Of a stretch of 60,000 nt of DNA, positions 12,097 to 24,333 are shown one piece after another (position 1 is the first letter of the stretch; every line of letters begins with the position of its first letter). A program made the position numbers and the translations under genes. The notes under the pieces were generated by a model. It ran no database searches. It was not told the DNA's origin and saw nothing but the letters and a program-made list of their open reading frames with translations. Source of the stretch: Mobula hypostoma (taxonomy: Eukaryota); contig NC_086097.1 of NCBI RefSeq assembly GCF_963921235.1, positions 68,636,001 to 68,696,000 of the forward strand, in the 5' to 3' direction.

Positions 12097-12969
12097 CATA
12101 TAACTGGATCAAAACTGCTTGAAAGCCAATGCAATACAGATTTCTTGAGAAAACATACCTTTATGTTTTCCCCAACCTGTAATGCTGATTTGCATCTTAT
12201 AAATTGCTTCATGTAATCTTCATTTTGTTACTGTACTTATTTGAAAGCTTAAGCAATTTTTAAACTTGTCATTTGAATTTTTATTAGATAAAGCACAATT
12301 TTAAAATATACCTAATCGTATACTAATGATACACTTCCATGATTATTTTGACAAAGTTCTTTTTGATCCTTGCTCTGATCAGCACATATATTCCATTGAA
12401 AATAGGAATAATACTTTAAAATATTTTCTTTACTGGAGAAAAACATTTTGGGAACAATTTAATTATTTATCCATTTCAAAGTTAAATTAATTCCAGATTT
12501 CCAAGACAGCATTTTTTTTATTAGCATCAATATTTCTACAACTGGTTATGTAGAATTATTTCTGAGATTCAGAAAGCAAGCACTAATGTAAGGTAGTATG
12601 CAATCCTTTCATTAACATTTTACCGAGCCCAACATAATGAGGTGGAAATTTCTCTATAATCTCTATTACTCAAAGCACCCAGACACAGGTGTAACAGCCA
12701 AATCAATATGTTTCTCCCTCCCTCTTTCAACGTTCCCTCCCTTGAGAGAAGATGGAATCCCATTTTTGTATGTTTGCCTTGTTCTCAATTCCTTTCATAG
12801 AGTTGGAACCATGCAGCACAGATGAAGCCCCTAAACTCAACTATTCCATGTTGACCATGGTACCCACCAATCTTATCCCAAATTCCTGTGTACAGCCCAT
12901 TTCCTTCCAAGCCACTCTTCCATATATCTATCAAAGTGCTTCTTAAAAGATATTATAGTACCTGTCTGG

Positions 12970-13468
12970 TAGGGAGGGGCTACTGCACAGGACCGAAAGA
13001 AGCTGCAGAAGGTTCCATCTTGGGCACTAGCCTACAAAGTACCCAGGAAGTCTTTAGGGAGCAGTGTATCAGAAAGGCAGCATCCATTATTAAGGACCTC
13101 CAGCACCCAGGACATGCCCTTTTCTCACTGTTAGCATTAGGTAGGAGATACAGAAGCCTGAAGGCACACTCTCAGCGATTCAGGAACAGCTTCTTCCCCT
13201 CTGCCATCCGATTCCTAAATGGACATTGAAGCTTTGGACACTACCTCTCTTTTTTTTTAATATACAGTAATTCTGTTTTTGCACGTTTTTTAAAAAACCT
13301 ATTCAATGTACGTAAGTGATTTACTTGTTTATTTATTATGTTTTATTTTATTTATTATTTTTTTTTTCTCTCTGCTAGATTATGATTTGCATTGAACTGC
13401 TGCTGCTAAGTTAACAAATTTCACGTCACATGCCGGTGATAATAAACCTGATGTTGATTCTGATTCTA
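12970..13468 (+). mobile_element. Rex1/Babar-like LINE 3' end
   Basis: HPGHALFSLL..GRRYRSLKAHSQRFRNSFFPSAIRFLN; AATAAA followed by a (GATTCT)n tail. Confidence 0.8.
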
Positions 13469-14360
13469 ATTATGTTGAAAATCCTAGCTAAATTATTCGA
13501 AAGGGTTATAAATTTGAATCATTTTTCTGCTTATACTTTTTTCCAAATCCAGTGCAAAAAGCAAACTAAACAGAAGTAAACAATACTCTTTATCTAGATT
13601 AGACAGTAAGAGGCTCACCATATGCCTAATGAAGGTGTTGCATTCCCCAAAGAAACAAAAGATTCCAACCATGTAAAATAAAATATATTTCACTTTTTTT
13701 TCCAACTTCCTTTATCCTTTTTCATTCTCTTAGTGTACAGATATAGTTTTACAACATTTTAGTCTATTAATTATCCACCCTTTCATTTTTGGAACTGATA
13801 ACCAAGCAGAGAAGGCATAAGAGTTCAGCCACTAATAACAAAAAATAAAAAGAGAAACCAATTCACCTAGCAGATTTCAAAACAATTTACAACAGCTATA
13901 TTTTCCGAGAGGATGTTCACTCTCAAATGCCTGGCCCGTATTTTTCCAAAAATACTCTCCTATGTGTCAGCGAGGTAATGGACATACAGTATATTTAAAT
14001 AATGTCTACCCAACAAAGCCTAAGTCTGTAATTTGGTTTGCTCTATGACTCTGTCAGATTCAATACTTTACCTGTGAACCTCCTAATTAATAAACACTAC
14101 TCGAACCAATAAACTGATGTGTGTGTTCTATTACATCTAACAATTCATTAGTTAACATCCTATTAATTTAAGTTCAAGTTCATGTTTAATTATCACTCAA
14201 CCACACATGAATACCCATGAATACAGCCAAACAAAAGAGCATTCCTCTGGGGCCAAGGTGCAAAATACAGTACCAACAGTCATATACAACACAGGGCACC
14301 TGTACCATATACAACATAGCAATATACACAGTCACACAAAAAGATATAACCCCAGTCCTT

Positions 14361-15962
14361 AAGTGGCATGCAAAAGTTTGGGCACCCCTGGTTAAAATTT
14401 CTGTTACTATAAATAGCTAAGCGAGTAAAAGATGAACTGATTTCCAAAAGGCATAAAGTTACAGACGACACCTTTCTTTAATATTTTAAGCAAGGTTATT
14501 TTTTATTTCCATCTTTTACAGTTTCAAAATAACAAAAAAGGAAAAGGGCCCGAAGCAAAAGTTTGGGCACCCTGCACGGTCAGTACTTAGTAACACACCC
14601 TTTGGCAAGTATCACAGCTTATAAATGCTTTCTGTAGCCAGCTAAGTGTCTTTCAATTCTTGTTTGGGGATTTTCGCCCATTCTTCTTTGCAAAAGGCTT
14701 TAAGTTCTGTGAGATTCTTGGGCTGCCTTGCGTGCACTGCTCTTTTGAGGTCTATCCACAGATTTTCGATGATGTTTAGGTTGGGGGACTGTGAGGGCCA
14801 TGGCTTGTGCCTCTTGAGGTAGTCCATTGTGGATTTTGAGGTGTGTTTAGGATCATTATCCTGTTGTAGAAGCCATCCTCTTTTCACCTTCAGCTTTTTT
14901 TTTACAGACGGTGTGATGTTTGCTTCCAGAATTTGCTGGTATTTAATTGAATTTATTCTTCCCTCTACCAGTGAAATGTTCCCCGTGCCACTGGCTGCAA
15001 CAGCATGATCAATCCACCCCCGTGTTTAACAGTTGGAGAGGTGATCTTTTCATGAAATTCTGCACCCTTTTTTCTCCAAACATACCTTTGCTCACTGCGG
15101 CCAAAAATTTCTATTTTAACTTCATCAGTCCACAGAACTTGTTTCCAAAAAGCATCAGGCTTGTTTAGATGTTCCTTTGCAAACTTCTGACGCTGAATTT
15201 TGTTGTGAGGACGCAGGAAAGGTTTTCTTCTGACGACTCTTCCATGAAGGTCATATTTGTGCAGGTGTCGCTGCACAGTAGAACAGTGCACCACCACTCC
15301 AGAGTCTGCTAAATCTTCCTGAAGGTCTTTTGCAGTCAAACAGGGGTTTCGATTTGCCTTTCTAGCAATCCTAAGAGCAGTTCTCTCGGAAAGTTTTCTT
15401 GGTCTTCCAGACCTCAACTTGACCCCCACCGTTCCTGTTAACTGCCATTTCTTAATTACATTACGAACTGAGGAAACGGCTACCTGAAAACACTTTGCTA
15501 TCTTCTTATAGCCGCCTTCTGCTTTGTGGGCATCATTTATTTTAACTTTCAGAATGCTAGGCAGCTGCTTAGAGGAGCCCATGGCTGCTGATTGTTGGGA
15601 CAAGGTTTGCGGAGTCAGGGTATTTATAAAGCTTTGAAATTTGCATCACCTAGCCTTTCCCAACGAGGACTGTGAACAAGCCATAGCCCTAACAAGCTAA
15701 TTAAGGTCTGAGACCTTGGTAAAAGTTATCTGAGAGCTCAAATCTCTTGGGGTGCCCAAACTTTTGCATGGTGCTCCTTTCCTTTTTGTCACTCTAAAAT
15801 TGTACAAAACAAAAATAATACACTAATCTTGCTTAAGATGTTGAAAAGAATGTTTCATCTTTAACTATACGACTTTTGGAGATCAGTTCATCTTCTACTC
15901 ACTTAACTATTCACAGTAACAGAAATTTTGACCAGTGGTGCCCAAACTTTTGCATGCCACTG
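14361..15962 (-). mobile_element. Tc1-family transposon, near full length, long IR/DR-type TIRs
   Basis: TIRs AGTGGCATGCAAAAGTTTGGGCACC at both ends; internal repeats of AAAAGTTTGGGCACCC (~14557, ~15750); TA flank at 15963. Confidence 0.95.
14600..15582 (-). pseudogene. Tc1 DD34E transposase, frameshifted
   Basis: [19 protein letters not shown] and WPSQSPNLNIIENLW motifs split over ORFs 14965-15603 and 14642-14887. Confidence 0.93.
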
Positions 15963-16974
15963 TATCCTGTAGATTGATGGAGTATGAATGTTGGCAAGCA
16001 CAAGCCCTCAACAGCAGACAAATGAACACACACGTACGTACAAGCCAGCTAGTCTTCCACCATATGAACACTGGAGGGCAGCACCAACTGGAGGGCAGCA
16101 CCAACAGGAGCGGCCTGCCCCCAAACTAGCACGGACGCCACACCACACTGCCTCTGGCATCTCCGCTCCTGGTGGCTGCAACAGGCAACACCGCAGCATG
16201 ATGCCAAGTCCACACCACAACCGTGGCCACACAGCTCCCCTGTAGTCGGTCTCGCCCATAATCCAGTGAACTGGACTTGCAATATTCTGCATTACCAATG
16301 TCCAACAGGTTTTGCGATCACAAGAAAAATGTCCAAGACAATCACTCGCTGTTAGACTGTACACAGCCTTCATGCACCAACTCTCATGCCTTTCTGTAGC
16401 AAGCAGCAACACAGTCCATACCAAAGCCAGCTCCTCTAGCATCTCCACTATGAGCAATTTGCTGATGGGTAGACCAACAGTACTTTAAGTTCTTAATGTC
16501 TAGCAGTATCTTGCGATTGTAAAGAAGATAAAAACACCTTTTGTTAGCCCCAAACAGGCAGCTGCATTTGAGCGTGCCGCCATCTTCACGGCTTTCAAAG
16601 ATAATGGAATATTAAAATCTAAAGAGAATGACTAACACGAAAAATACTATTTTCCTTACCAGTACAATACTTACTCATTTTGATTACACAACATCAGCTA
16701 TATTTTAAACTGCATTTTGCCATTAAGTCCATAATATGATCTGAATTTGTTTAATCATCTTTACATGTAAATAATCAGTCTTATGTGCATTTTAGCAATA
16801 TAGCTACACTCCAGAAATGAACCTATTTACAATTTACTTTCATCATTCATTTTCAAAAACATCTAATCCATGAATATAGCCTTTCTACAAGGCAATAAAA
16901 GATTACACACTGACTCTCTGGAGTTCAAGGTTTTCAAAGATAGTTGTGACAGACAGCTACAAACTCTTGATATT

Positions 16975-17036
16975 GGACAGATCAAGCTTGGCTGCATAGC
17001 TAGAAATCTCGCTATGCAGCCACGCTTCATCTATCC
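16975..17036. repeat. Isolated inverted repeat (26-bp arms, 10-nt loop)
   Basis: GGACAGATCAAGCTTGGCTGCATAGC / GCTATGCAGCCACGCTTCATCTATCC with 3 mismatches. Confidence 0.85.
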
Positions 17037-18737
17037 TAGGAAGTAATTTTTGTTGAACCTCCTAACCTCCAGATTACTTCAAGCAGCACCATCATACCTC
17101 TGCCGAATTTGTAAAATTTATTAAGTTGAATATCACTCTGATCTCATTCAGAATATTGGCTTATGTGATCAAGGGATGTGAGAATTGAACTGCACAGTTA
17201 AAATAAACATTTTCAACTTTTTTTTAAAAGTTGTCTATGTTTTGCTTTTCCTAGCAATTCATGTTTAAAATATTCATTTAATTTCAGAATGTTTATCTTA
17301 GGCCATCGAACTGTTTAAATGTAAACCTGTTAAAATAATTCAGTTGGAAAGTACTTAAATTTTGGTTATTCTTCAGTCTGGAAACAAATACTGTATGCAG
17401 CTGGACTTCGCTTAACCTCTTCACTGATGGCTAAATGAAAATTGGCATTGAGGATAAACTTTCTCAGTGCAGATATCTGTTCAATAAATATATATTCTGC
17501 AGGGATTTTTTTAAAGTAGTATTTCCATTTAATACCTAGTATTCTATTTCAATGCAATGGTAACAGTGAAACAAATTTACTCTTGTAGAAACGCTGTTAG
17601 ACGTAAAATGCTGACTATATTACAATGCCTTCAGCAGACATTTTAAAGATAGACTAACCTAATGAGTTTGGGCAAACTCTGGAACAGTTGTTAAAGTATC
17701 ATCATCCTTATTAATTTTCAAAACTACTGAGTGTGCCATGATAGCTGTCATAGACTTAAAACTATAATTATACCTTAGTATTTTGCAGATATTTATGCTT
17801 GGTTGCACCACGAACAAATTTAACATTCAATGCATACAAAAATTGAATAACAAGACTCTGCTGCTTTAAATAAAATGTACAATATCCTGTTGTGTTTTCT
17901 GTATTTTAATCGGATTTCTTTAGTTATAATTATTTGAATGTTTGTGTATTTTTCATATTATGATAATCATTCCATACTACTCCCAGTGCACTGTTTTGTA
18001 TGGTAATGCATTTGTGTAAGCAGGATCACAAAATAAATGACAACTCTTTAAAAAAAGCTATTAATAAATTTATACATACTTTCAGAAGATTTATTGGTTG
18101 TTGGAAATTCACAAAGGAATAATAAGTCAAAGAATGTTGCTGCATAAAAACAAATAAGATTAGTAATGAATATATGAGGTGCCTTTTTTACGGTCACTTA
18201 CTTTCACTTAAGGCAATGTAAACACTGAGTGTATACACTAAAGATTAAATTTCATCTACAAAATCTTTGCATTTGGCAAGCTAGCATGCATAAATGCACA
18301 GTAAGATAACTTTGTAATAACAAGAGACAAAATTAGAAATATTTGTTTTACTTTATAAAAAATGTCTGATGACAATATTGATGGGTACTTACTAAATTTC
18401 ATAATCTGTGTAGTTCATCCCACCCCCACCCAAATTCTCTGAAACTCCTCTGGAAATTACAGAAGCTGTGACTGTCTAGCTTGCAAACTTTCACTTACCA
18501 CTTTCCTGAACTAGCTACAAAGAAAACAATTGGAAGAGCAATCTTGGGCTAATTGGAACATAAAATGGCAGAGTAATATTGATAAGATAAATTTCAGTGA
18601 ATGAAATTCTGGCACGTGGTGTTCAACCCAAGTTAGCTGCAAGGTCAATAATTTTGGACCAAAAAAAAACATTACAATGTAATTTAAAAATTATGAATAG
18701 TTAAGGATAGAAAGACAGTATATTAAAGATAGAATTA

Positions 18738-20293
18738 CTGGTGTCCCCTGCTTTTTGAATATTCGCTTTACGAAACCTCACTGTTACGAAAGACGTACAT
18801 TAGATCCCTGTTTTCGCTTTCAGAAGGTGTTTTCACTGTTACAAAAAAAAATCAGCACGCGATAAAAGGCAGCGCGCGCCCCAAGCAACCACTCTCCCCC
18901 CCGGGATTCGGAACGGCATTCTCGCCGGCAATGCTTAAACACATGCCTGTGAGCATCCGATTGCAAGATGGGTTCTAAGGTATCGGAAAAGCCTAAAAGA
19001 GCTCAAAAGGGTGTTACACTGAGCGTAAAACTAGACATAATTAAGCGTTTCGATCGTGGTGAACGAAGCAAGATGAAGCGAGTTTGGCTTGTGGAAGCTG
19101 ACGAAGATGCTGTTGAAGAGGTTTTGGCATCCCATGACCAAGAACTGATAGAAGCGCTGATGCAATTGGAAGAAGAAAGGATAACAATCGAAACTGAATG
19201 CAGTAGCGAACTGAACGTGAAGCAACTGCGTGAGATTTTCGCTGCAATGATAAAGTACGACTTTAATTTTGAAAGGGTATGTCGGTTTAGGGGATATTTG
19301 CAAGATGGTTTGAGTCCTTACAGAGAACTGTATGATAGAAAAATGCGTGAGGCTCAGCAGTCAAGCAAGCCTTCCACATCAGCCACAGCAGACGACGAAC
19401 CTCGACCTTCGACATCGAGGCAGGTAGTCATAGGAGAAGATGAGCTGCCTGCTCTAATGGAAACAGATGACACCCCAGTGTCCCACCACCCCAACACCCA
19501 GGGTGCAGACAGATACCGATTCGCGGAGAATGCAGCGGTAGCCGGGAGACACACACATCTTTAAGAAAAAAATCGAAATAAACATGCTAATTAATTAGGT
19601 GCCGCCCGACACGTAATTGTCTGCCCAGATCAGAGACGACGCAATCGGAAATCGGCACTGATCTGGGCTGACAATTACATGTCGGGCGGCACCTAATTAA
19701 TTAGCATGTTTATTTCGGCTTTTTTCTTAAAGGTGTGCTGTGTGCCTCCCGGCTACCACTGCACCCCTGCATGCTTCGCAGCAATGTATCGGTCGGCAGC
19801 CTGGAAGGTGGGGGCCACTGCACCACCCCAACCTGCGACGACTCAGTCTAACACACCATCATCGGTGTGCTCGGTGCTGTCCCAATTCTGGTACATACAT
19901 TATTTCTACTTTATATAGGCTGTGTATTTTTACGTGTTATTTGGTATGATTTGGCAGCTTCGTAGCTTAATGGTTACTGGAGAGAGTGTTTTTGCCAACA
20001 GCGCTTGTGTGAGATTTTCGCTACGGAGAACAGTGCAGTAATGATTGTGGAAAAGTATTTCTACTTTATATAGGCTGTGTATTTATCATATCATTCCTGC
20101 TTTTACTATATGTTACTGTTATTTTAGGTTTTATGTGTTATTTGGCATGATTTGGTAGATTATTTTTGGGTCTGCGAACGCTCACAAATTTTTCCCATAT
20201 AAATAAATGGTAATTGCTTCTTCGCTTTATGACATTTCGGCTTACGAACCGTTTCATAGGAACGCTCTACCTTCGGATGGTGGGGGAAACCTG
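18738..20293 (+). mobile_element. Tigger/pogo-family internally deleted DNA transposon
   Basis: TA|CTGGTGTCCCC ... GGGGGAAACCTG|TA termini; ORF begins with the CENP-B/psq-like KGVTLSVKLDIIKRFDRGER. Confidence 0.85.
18968..19564 (+). CDS. 198-aa truncated Tigger transposase ORF (N-terminal HTH start fused to acidic C-terminus, no DDE core); expression unknown
   Basis: Open ATG-to-TAA ORF; psq-like N-terminus; Tigger-like C-terminal motifs (EEVLASHDQEL, LNVKQLRE, SPYRELY). Confidence 0.4.
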   Translation: MGSKVSEKPKRAQKGVTLSVKLDIIKRFDRGERSKMKRVWLVEADEDAVEEVLASHDQELIEALMQLEEERITIETECSSELNVKQLREIFAAMIKYDFNFERVCRFRGYLQDGLSPYRELYDRKMREAQQSSKPSTSATADDEPRPSTSRQVVIGEDELPALMETDDTPVSHHPNTQGADRYRFAENAAVAGRHTHL

Positions 20294-20295
20294 TA

Positions 20296-20608
20296 TTAAG
20301 GAGCTCCAGCACCCAGAGCATGCCCTTTTCTCACTGTTACCATCAGGTAGGAGGCTTTCCCTCTGCCATCCGATTCCTAAATGGACATTGAACCCATGAA
20401 CACTACTTCACTTTTTTAATATATATTACTTCTGTTTTTTGAATGATTTTAAAATCTATTCAATATACATATACTGTAATTGATTTTACTTATTTATTTA
20501 TTATTTTATTTATTTTTCTTCTTCTTCTATATTATGTATTGCATTGAACTGTTGCTGCTAAGTTAACAAATTTCACGACACATGCCGGTGATAATCAACC
20601 TGATTCTG
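20296..20608 (+). mobile_element. Rex1/Babar-like LINE 3' end
   Basis: Closely similar to 13090-13468 with an internal deletion; ends in CCTGATTCTG. Confidence 0.8.
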
Positions 20609-22245
20609 AAAAAACAATGGGCTGAAGAAATTTGAGGATATGACGATGAATCACAAAAAGGGAGACAACACCAAAAGTAATCACTGATAGCAATGGAATT
20701 TTAATTTTATTATCTAGCATGTAACAGCTCAACAATGCCCTTTTAAAACTACATATGGAGTTGCATGCAGTTATGAGTAATGCACCCAAGAAAGAATCGA
20801 TGAGTTTTGGACAAAGTGCAGCACAAATATCACAATGTCAAATTGCTCACTGTTTATTCTATAGGACAACAAACAGTTGTTTATTAAAGAAAACTGCGAA
20901 CTACAGAAGAAAAACATGAAAAAAAACTGTTGTAGAATTCTACCTCAGGAAAAATAAACTCCATGACAAAGGGAGGTCTAACTGCAAAAGGTACATTAGA
21001 AATACCTTTGTTGTTGCTGAAGATCATACTATTTCTCAATTCTTCCATTGTCTTCAACATAAACAATGGTTCTGTCCTTTATGGTGTCTTCCAAAGTGTC
21101 CACACATCAGACAGGTATTCTATTACACATACTGCATATCTGTCCAGTCTCATGAAGCAGTAACAATTAACCCAACCTTCACAGTGATTGATACAGACCT
21201 TGCTTTCAATTTGTTCCATTACACAGATCATGAAATTTAGAAAACACTCATTACTGACCTAGAGTTTTACAGAGAGGACTATATGCAGCAAAAATAATTA
21301 TTAAATAAATGAGAAAACTATATCAGCATGAAACAATCCTCAGAAGCCACAATGATATATGAATACATTTATTTTACAGCATATGATTAAAATGCAAGTA
21401 CTTCACTAAATTTCAAACAACAGTTTTCCTTCATGAGAAGTGAATGATTTTTTAAACCCAGACATCAAATAATCAATTTAGTAACATTGAAAAATATTTC
21501 AACACAACTGATAGAAAATCAATATACCTTATTTCTTTGCATAATTTAAGTGTGCGGTAAGGAGAGCTCACAATAGCGCTTTAAAAACTTAACTATATTA
21601 TTTAAAATAAGCATTTTGATCAAAATCAGTTTGCTGTTCATGATCAAGTATGGTTGACAGGGTGTGGGACTCTGAGCAGGAGCAAATCAGAGAATGGAGC
21701 AGTAGTCAGCAAGAGCAAGTTTATTAATCAAGATAGGAGCACAGTAATGGGGAGGAAAAGAATGCTCAGTTAAACTGCATTAATTTCAGTGCACAAGGCT
21801 TAACCGGTAAAGTGGACAAACTCAGAATATGGATTGGTCCTGGAGACTGGGATGAGAAAGCCACAATGGAATCATGGTTGAAGGGAGGGCAGGACAGGGT
21901 ACACAGTACTCCAGGATACAGATGCTACAGGCATTCAGAGGTACCGATAAGCAAGTTGGGGTGTTCCCTTTTTGACTCGGGAGCATTTAACAGCAGTGCT
22001 TAAGAGATTATATTCTTGGTGGAATGTCCAGGTAGGCCATATGGGTAGAACTTAGAAATTAGAAGGGCACGGTCACTCTAGTGGAGCTGTATTATTGACA
22101 CCAAAATAGACAGTGGGAACTTTAGGAGCTGATGAGTAGAAAACAGGGTTGTTTTAAAGGAGTTTTTAATTTCTCTGGTATTCATAGGCCATTCAGGAGT
22201 ATTAAGATCCTAGGCAGGGTGGAATTTGTAAAATAAATCTAGGAC

Positions 22246-23391
22246 ATTGAATCCTCAAAATCCTCATTTACAGACCCCAGCCAGTTCAAATTGGCAACAA
22301 CATCTCCTGCACGATCCCCTTCAGCAGAGATGCACGACAGTGCTGTGTGCTTAACCCCCTGCTCTACTCACTTTACACTTATGACTGTGTGGTTAAGCAC
22401 AGTTCAAAAGCCATACTTGAGCTTGCTAACAGCACTATTGTCATAGGCCAAATCAGCAAATTAGGGAGATTGAAAGGTACCATACTTTCAACCTGGCTGA
22501 ATGGTACCATAGCAACAACCTCTTACTCAATGTCAGCAAGATCGCAGAGCTGATTATTGGCTTCAGGAGGAGGAAACCAGAGGATTCTATCCAAGGATCA
22601 GAGGTGGAGAGGGTTAGCAACTTTAAATTCTTCAGTGTTATCATTTCAGAGGATCTGTCCTGGTCCCGGCACACAAGTGCAGTTACAAAAAAAGCACAGT
22701 AGCACCACTACTTCCTTAGGAGTTTGTAAAGATTCGGCATGACACCTAAAACTTTGACAAACTTCTATAGATGTGTGGTGGAGAGTATACTGACTAGCTG
22801 CATCACAGCCGGATATGGAAACACTAATGCTCTTGAATGGAAAATCCTACAAAAACAGGTGGATATGGCCCAGTCCATCGGGGGTAAAGTCCTCCCCACC
22901 ATTGAGCACATCCACACAAAGCATTGTCACAGGAAAGCAGCATCCATCATCAGGAATCCCTACTGCTCTGGCTATGCTATCTTCTCACTGTTGCCATCAG
23001 GAAAGTGGTACAGGAGCCTCAAGGCTCTCACCACCAAGTTCAGGAAGTTTTTACCCCTCAACCATCAGCTTCTTGAACCAAAGGGGATAACTTCACTCAC
23101 CCCATCATTGAAATGTTCCCACAACCTATGGACTCACTTTCAAGGACTCTTCATCTCATGTTCTTGATATGTATTGCTTATTTATTTATTTTTGTTATTA
23201 TTTCTTTCTCTTTGTATTTGCAGTTTGTTGACTTTTGCACACTGGCTGAATGACCAAGTTGGTGCAGTCTTTCATTGATTCTATTATGGTTATTATTTCA
23301 TTATAGATTTATTGAGTATGCCCGCAAGAAGATAAATCTTGGGGTTGTACATGATGACATGTACTTTGATAATAAATATACTTTGAACTTC
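22246..23391 (+). mobile_element. Rex1/Babar-like LINE (RT C-terminus plus 3' UTR)
   Basis: LNPLLYSLYTYDC, LTNFYRCVVESILT and FSLLPSGKWYRSL peptides; ...ACTTTGAACTT tail. Confidence 0.85.
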
Positions 23392-23847
23392 AAAAGTTTC
23401 CTGAGTCAATATATAACGGGTCCTGCTCAGTGCAATTCTGGCCTCCTCTTTGGCAATGAAGCAGGGCAATTATGTGAAATGGCAGTCTCTTTGGTTCTAG
23501 TCACCATAATTTTATTAGCTCTCAGATTGTGATGGAAAAGGATAGGCCAGATCCACAGGTTAGAGTCCTAAACTTCAGCAGGGATAACTTTGGGGGAATT
23601 AGGCAGGATCTAGCAGAGGTAGATTGGGTGAGCCTATTTGTGGAGAATGCAGCATATGGTAAGTGGAAGGCTTTTAAGAGAGTAAGGAGTGTCAGGAGTC
23701 AAGGGGCACCATATTCGTATTAGAGTGAAGATTAGACCTGGCAAGCTTAGTAAGGGATATTGAAGCTCTTGGTCAAGAAAAGGAAGGAAGCATATATTGG
23801 ATTTTGGAAATCAAGGATAAGTGATTCCCTTGATGACTATAAAAAGA

Positions 23848-24333
23848 GGTGTCAGGGAGGGGTAGCACCTGTGGTGGGGGAACATGTCGCGTCCTTTTCA
23901 GGGCGGTTAGTCCACCTTTGGTCCCCACCTGGCACTCAGCTCTCACCTGTGGCTCCTCGTAGCTGTTTGCATGCGACAGCGGCCACACCCCGGGCAATGG
24001 CTTCAACAAGCCGGCTAAACCAGGTGAGGGTAGCCGACGGATCTCGGACGAGACCAATGGAAGGTCCAACGGTCAAGAAGGTGGTCTCTGCAAGCGTCGT
24101 GGAACGTGTAGAGCAGGACAAGACACAGAAGACGTCCTGGTCATCCACTGCGCCTAGTCCCATCTCCAGCCATCTAGACTCTGTCTTGCCACTGGACCCA
24201 GATGGGAATTGGGAAGAGAGAGTGAGGCTGACGCTGCGCAAATCTCCCTCACTTAAATCCAAATCACGCGGTAGTCTCGACACCATCATTATGGTGTCGA
24301 GGTCCTCATCGACGTCAACGATGGACGAACAAC
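23848..24333 (+). mobile_element. Non-autonomous RTE-like retroelement (structured 5' end joined to a short 3' end)
   Basis: 9-bp TSD ATAAAAAGA (23839-23847 / 24334-24342); GC-rich; 3' end CATCGACGTCAACGATGGACGAACAAC resembles RTE termini, including the one at ~28730-28770. Confidence 0.7.

Larger units (their letters stand above)
14168..16586 (-). mobile_element. Non-autonomous retroelement with a Rex-like tail, split by Tc1 (parts ~14168-14360 and ~15965-16586)
   Basis: On the minus strand it has a (TGAACT)n-type tail at ~14170 and a GC-rich 5' part starting AAGATGGCGGC at 16586. Confidence 0.45.

Noticed and set aside
12159..12176. Possible 18-nt minus-strand micro-exon (cag|GTTGGGGAAAACATAAAG|gtatgt)
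   Set aside because: No polypyrimidine tract upstream of the acceptor and no recognisable peptide; it would need RNA-seq support
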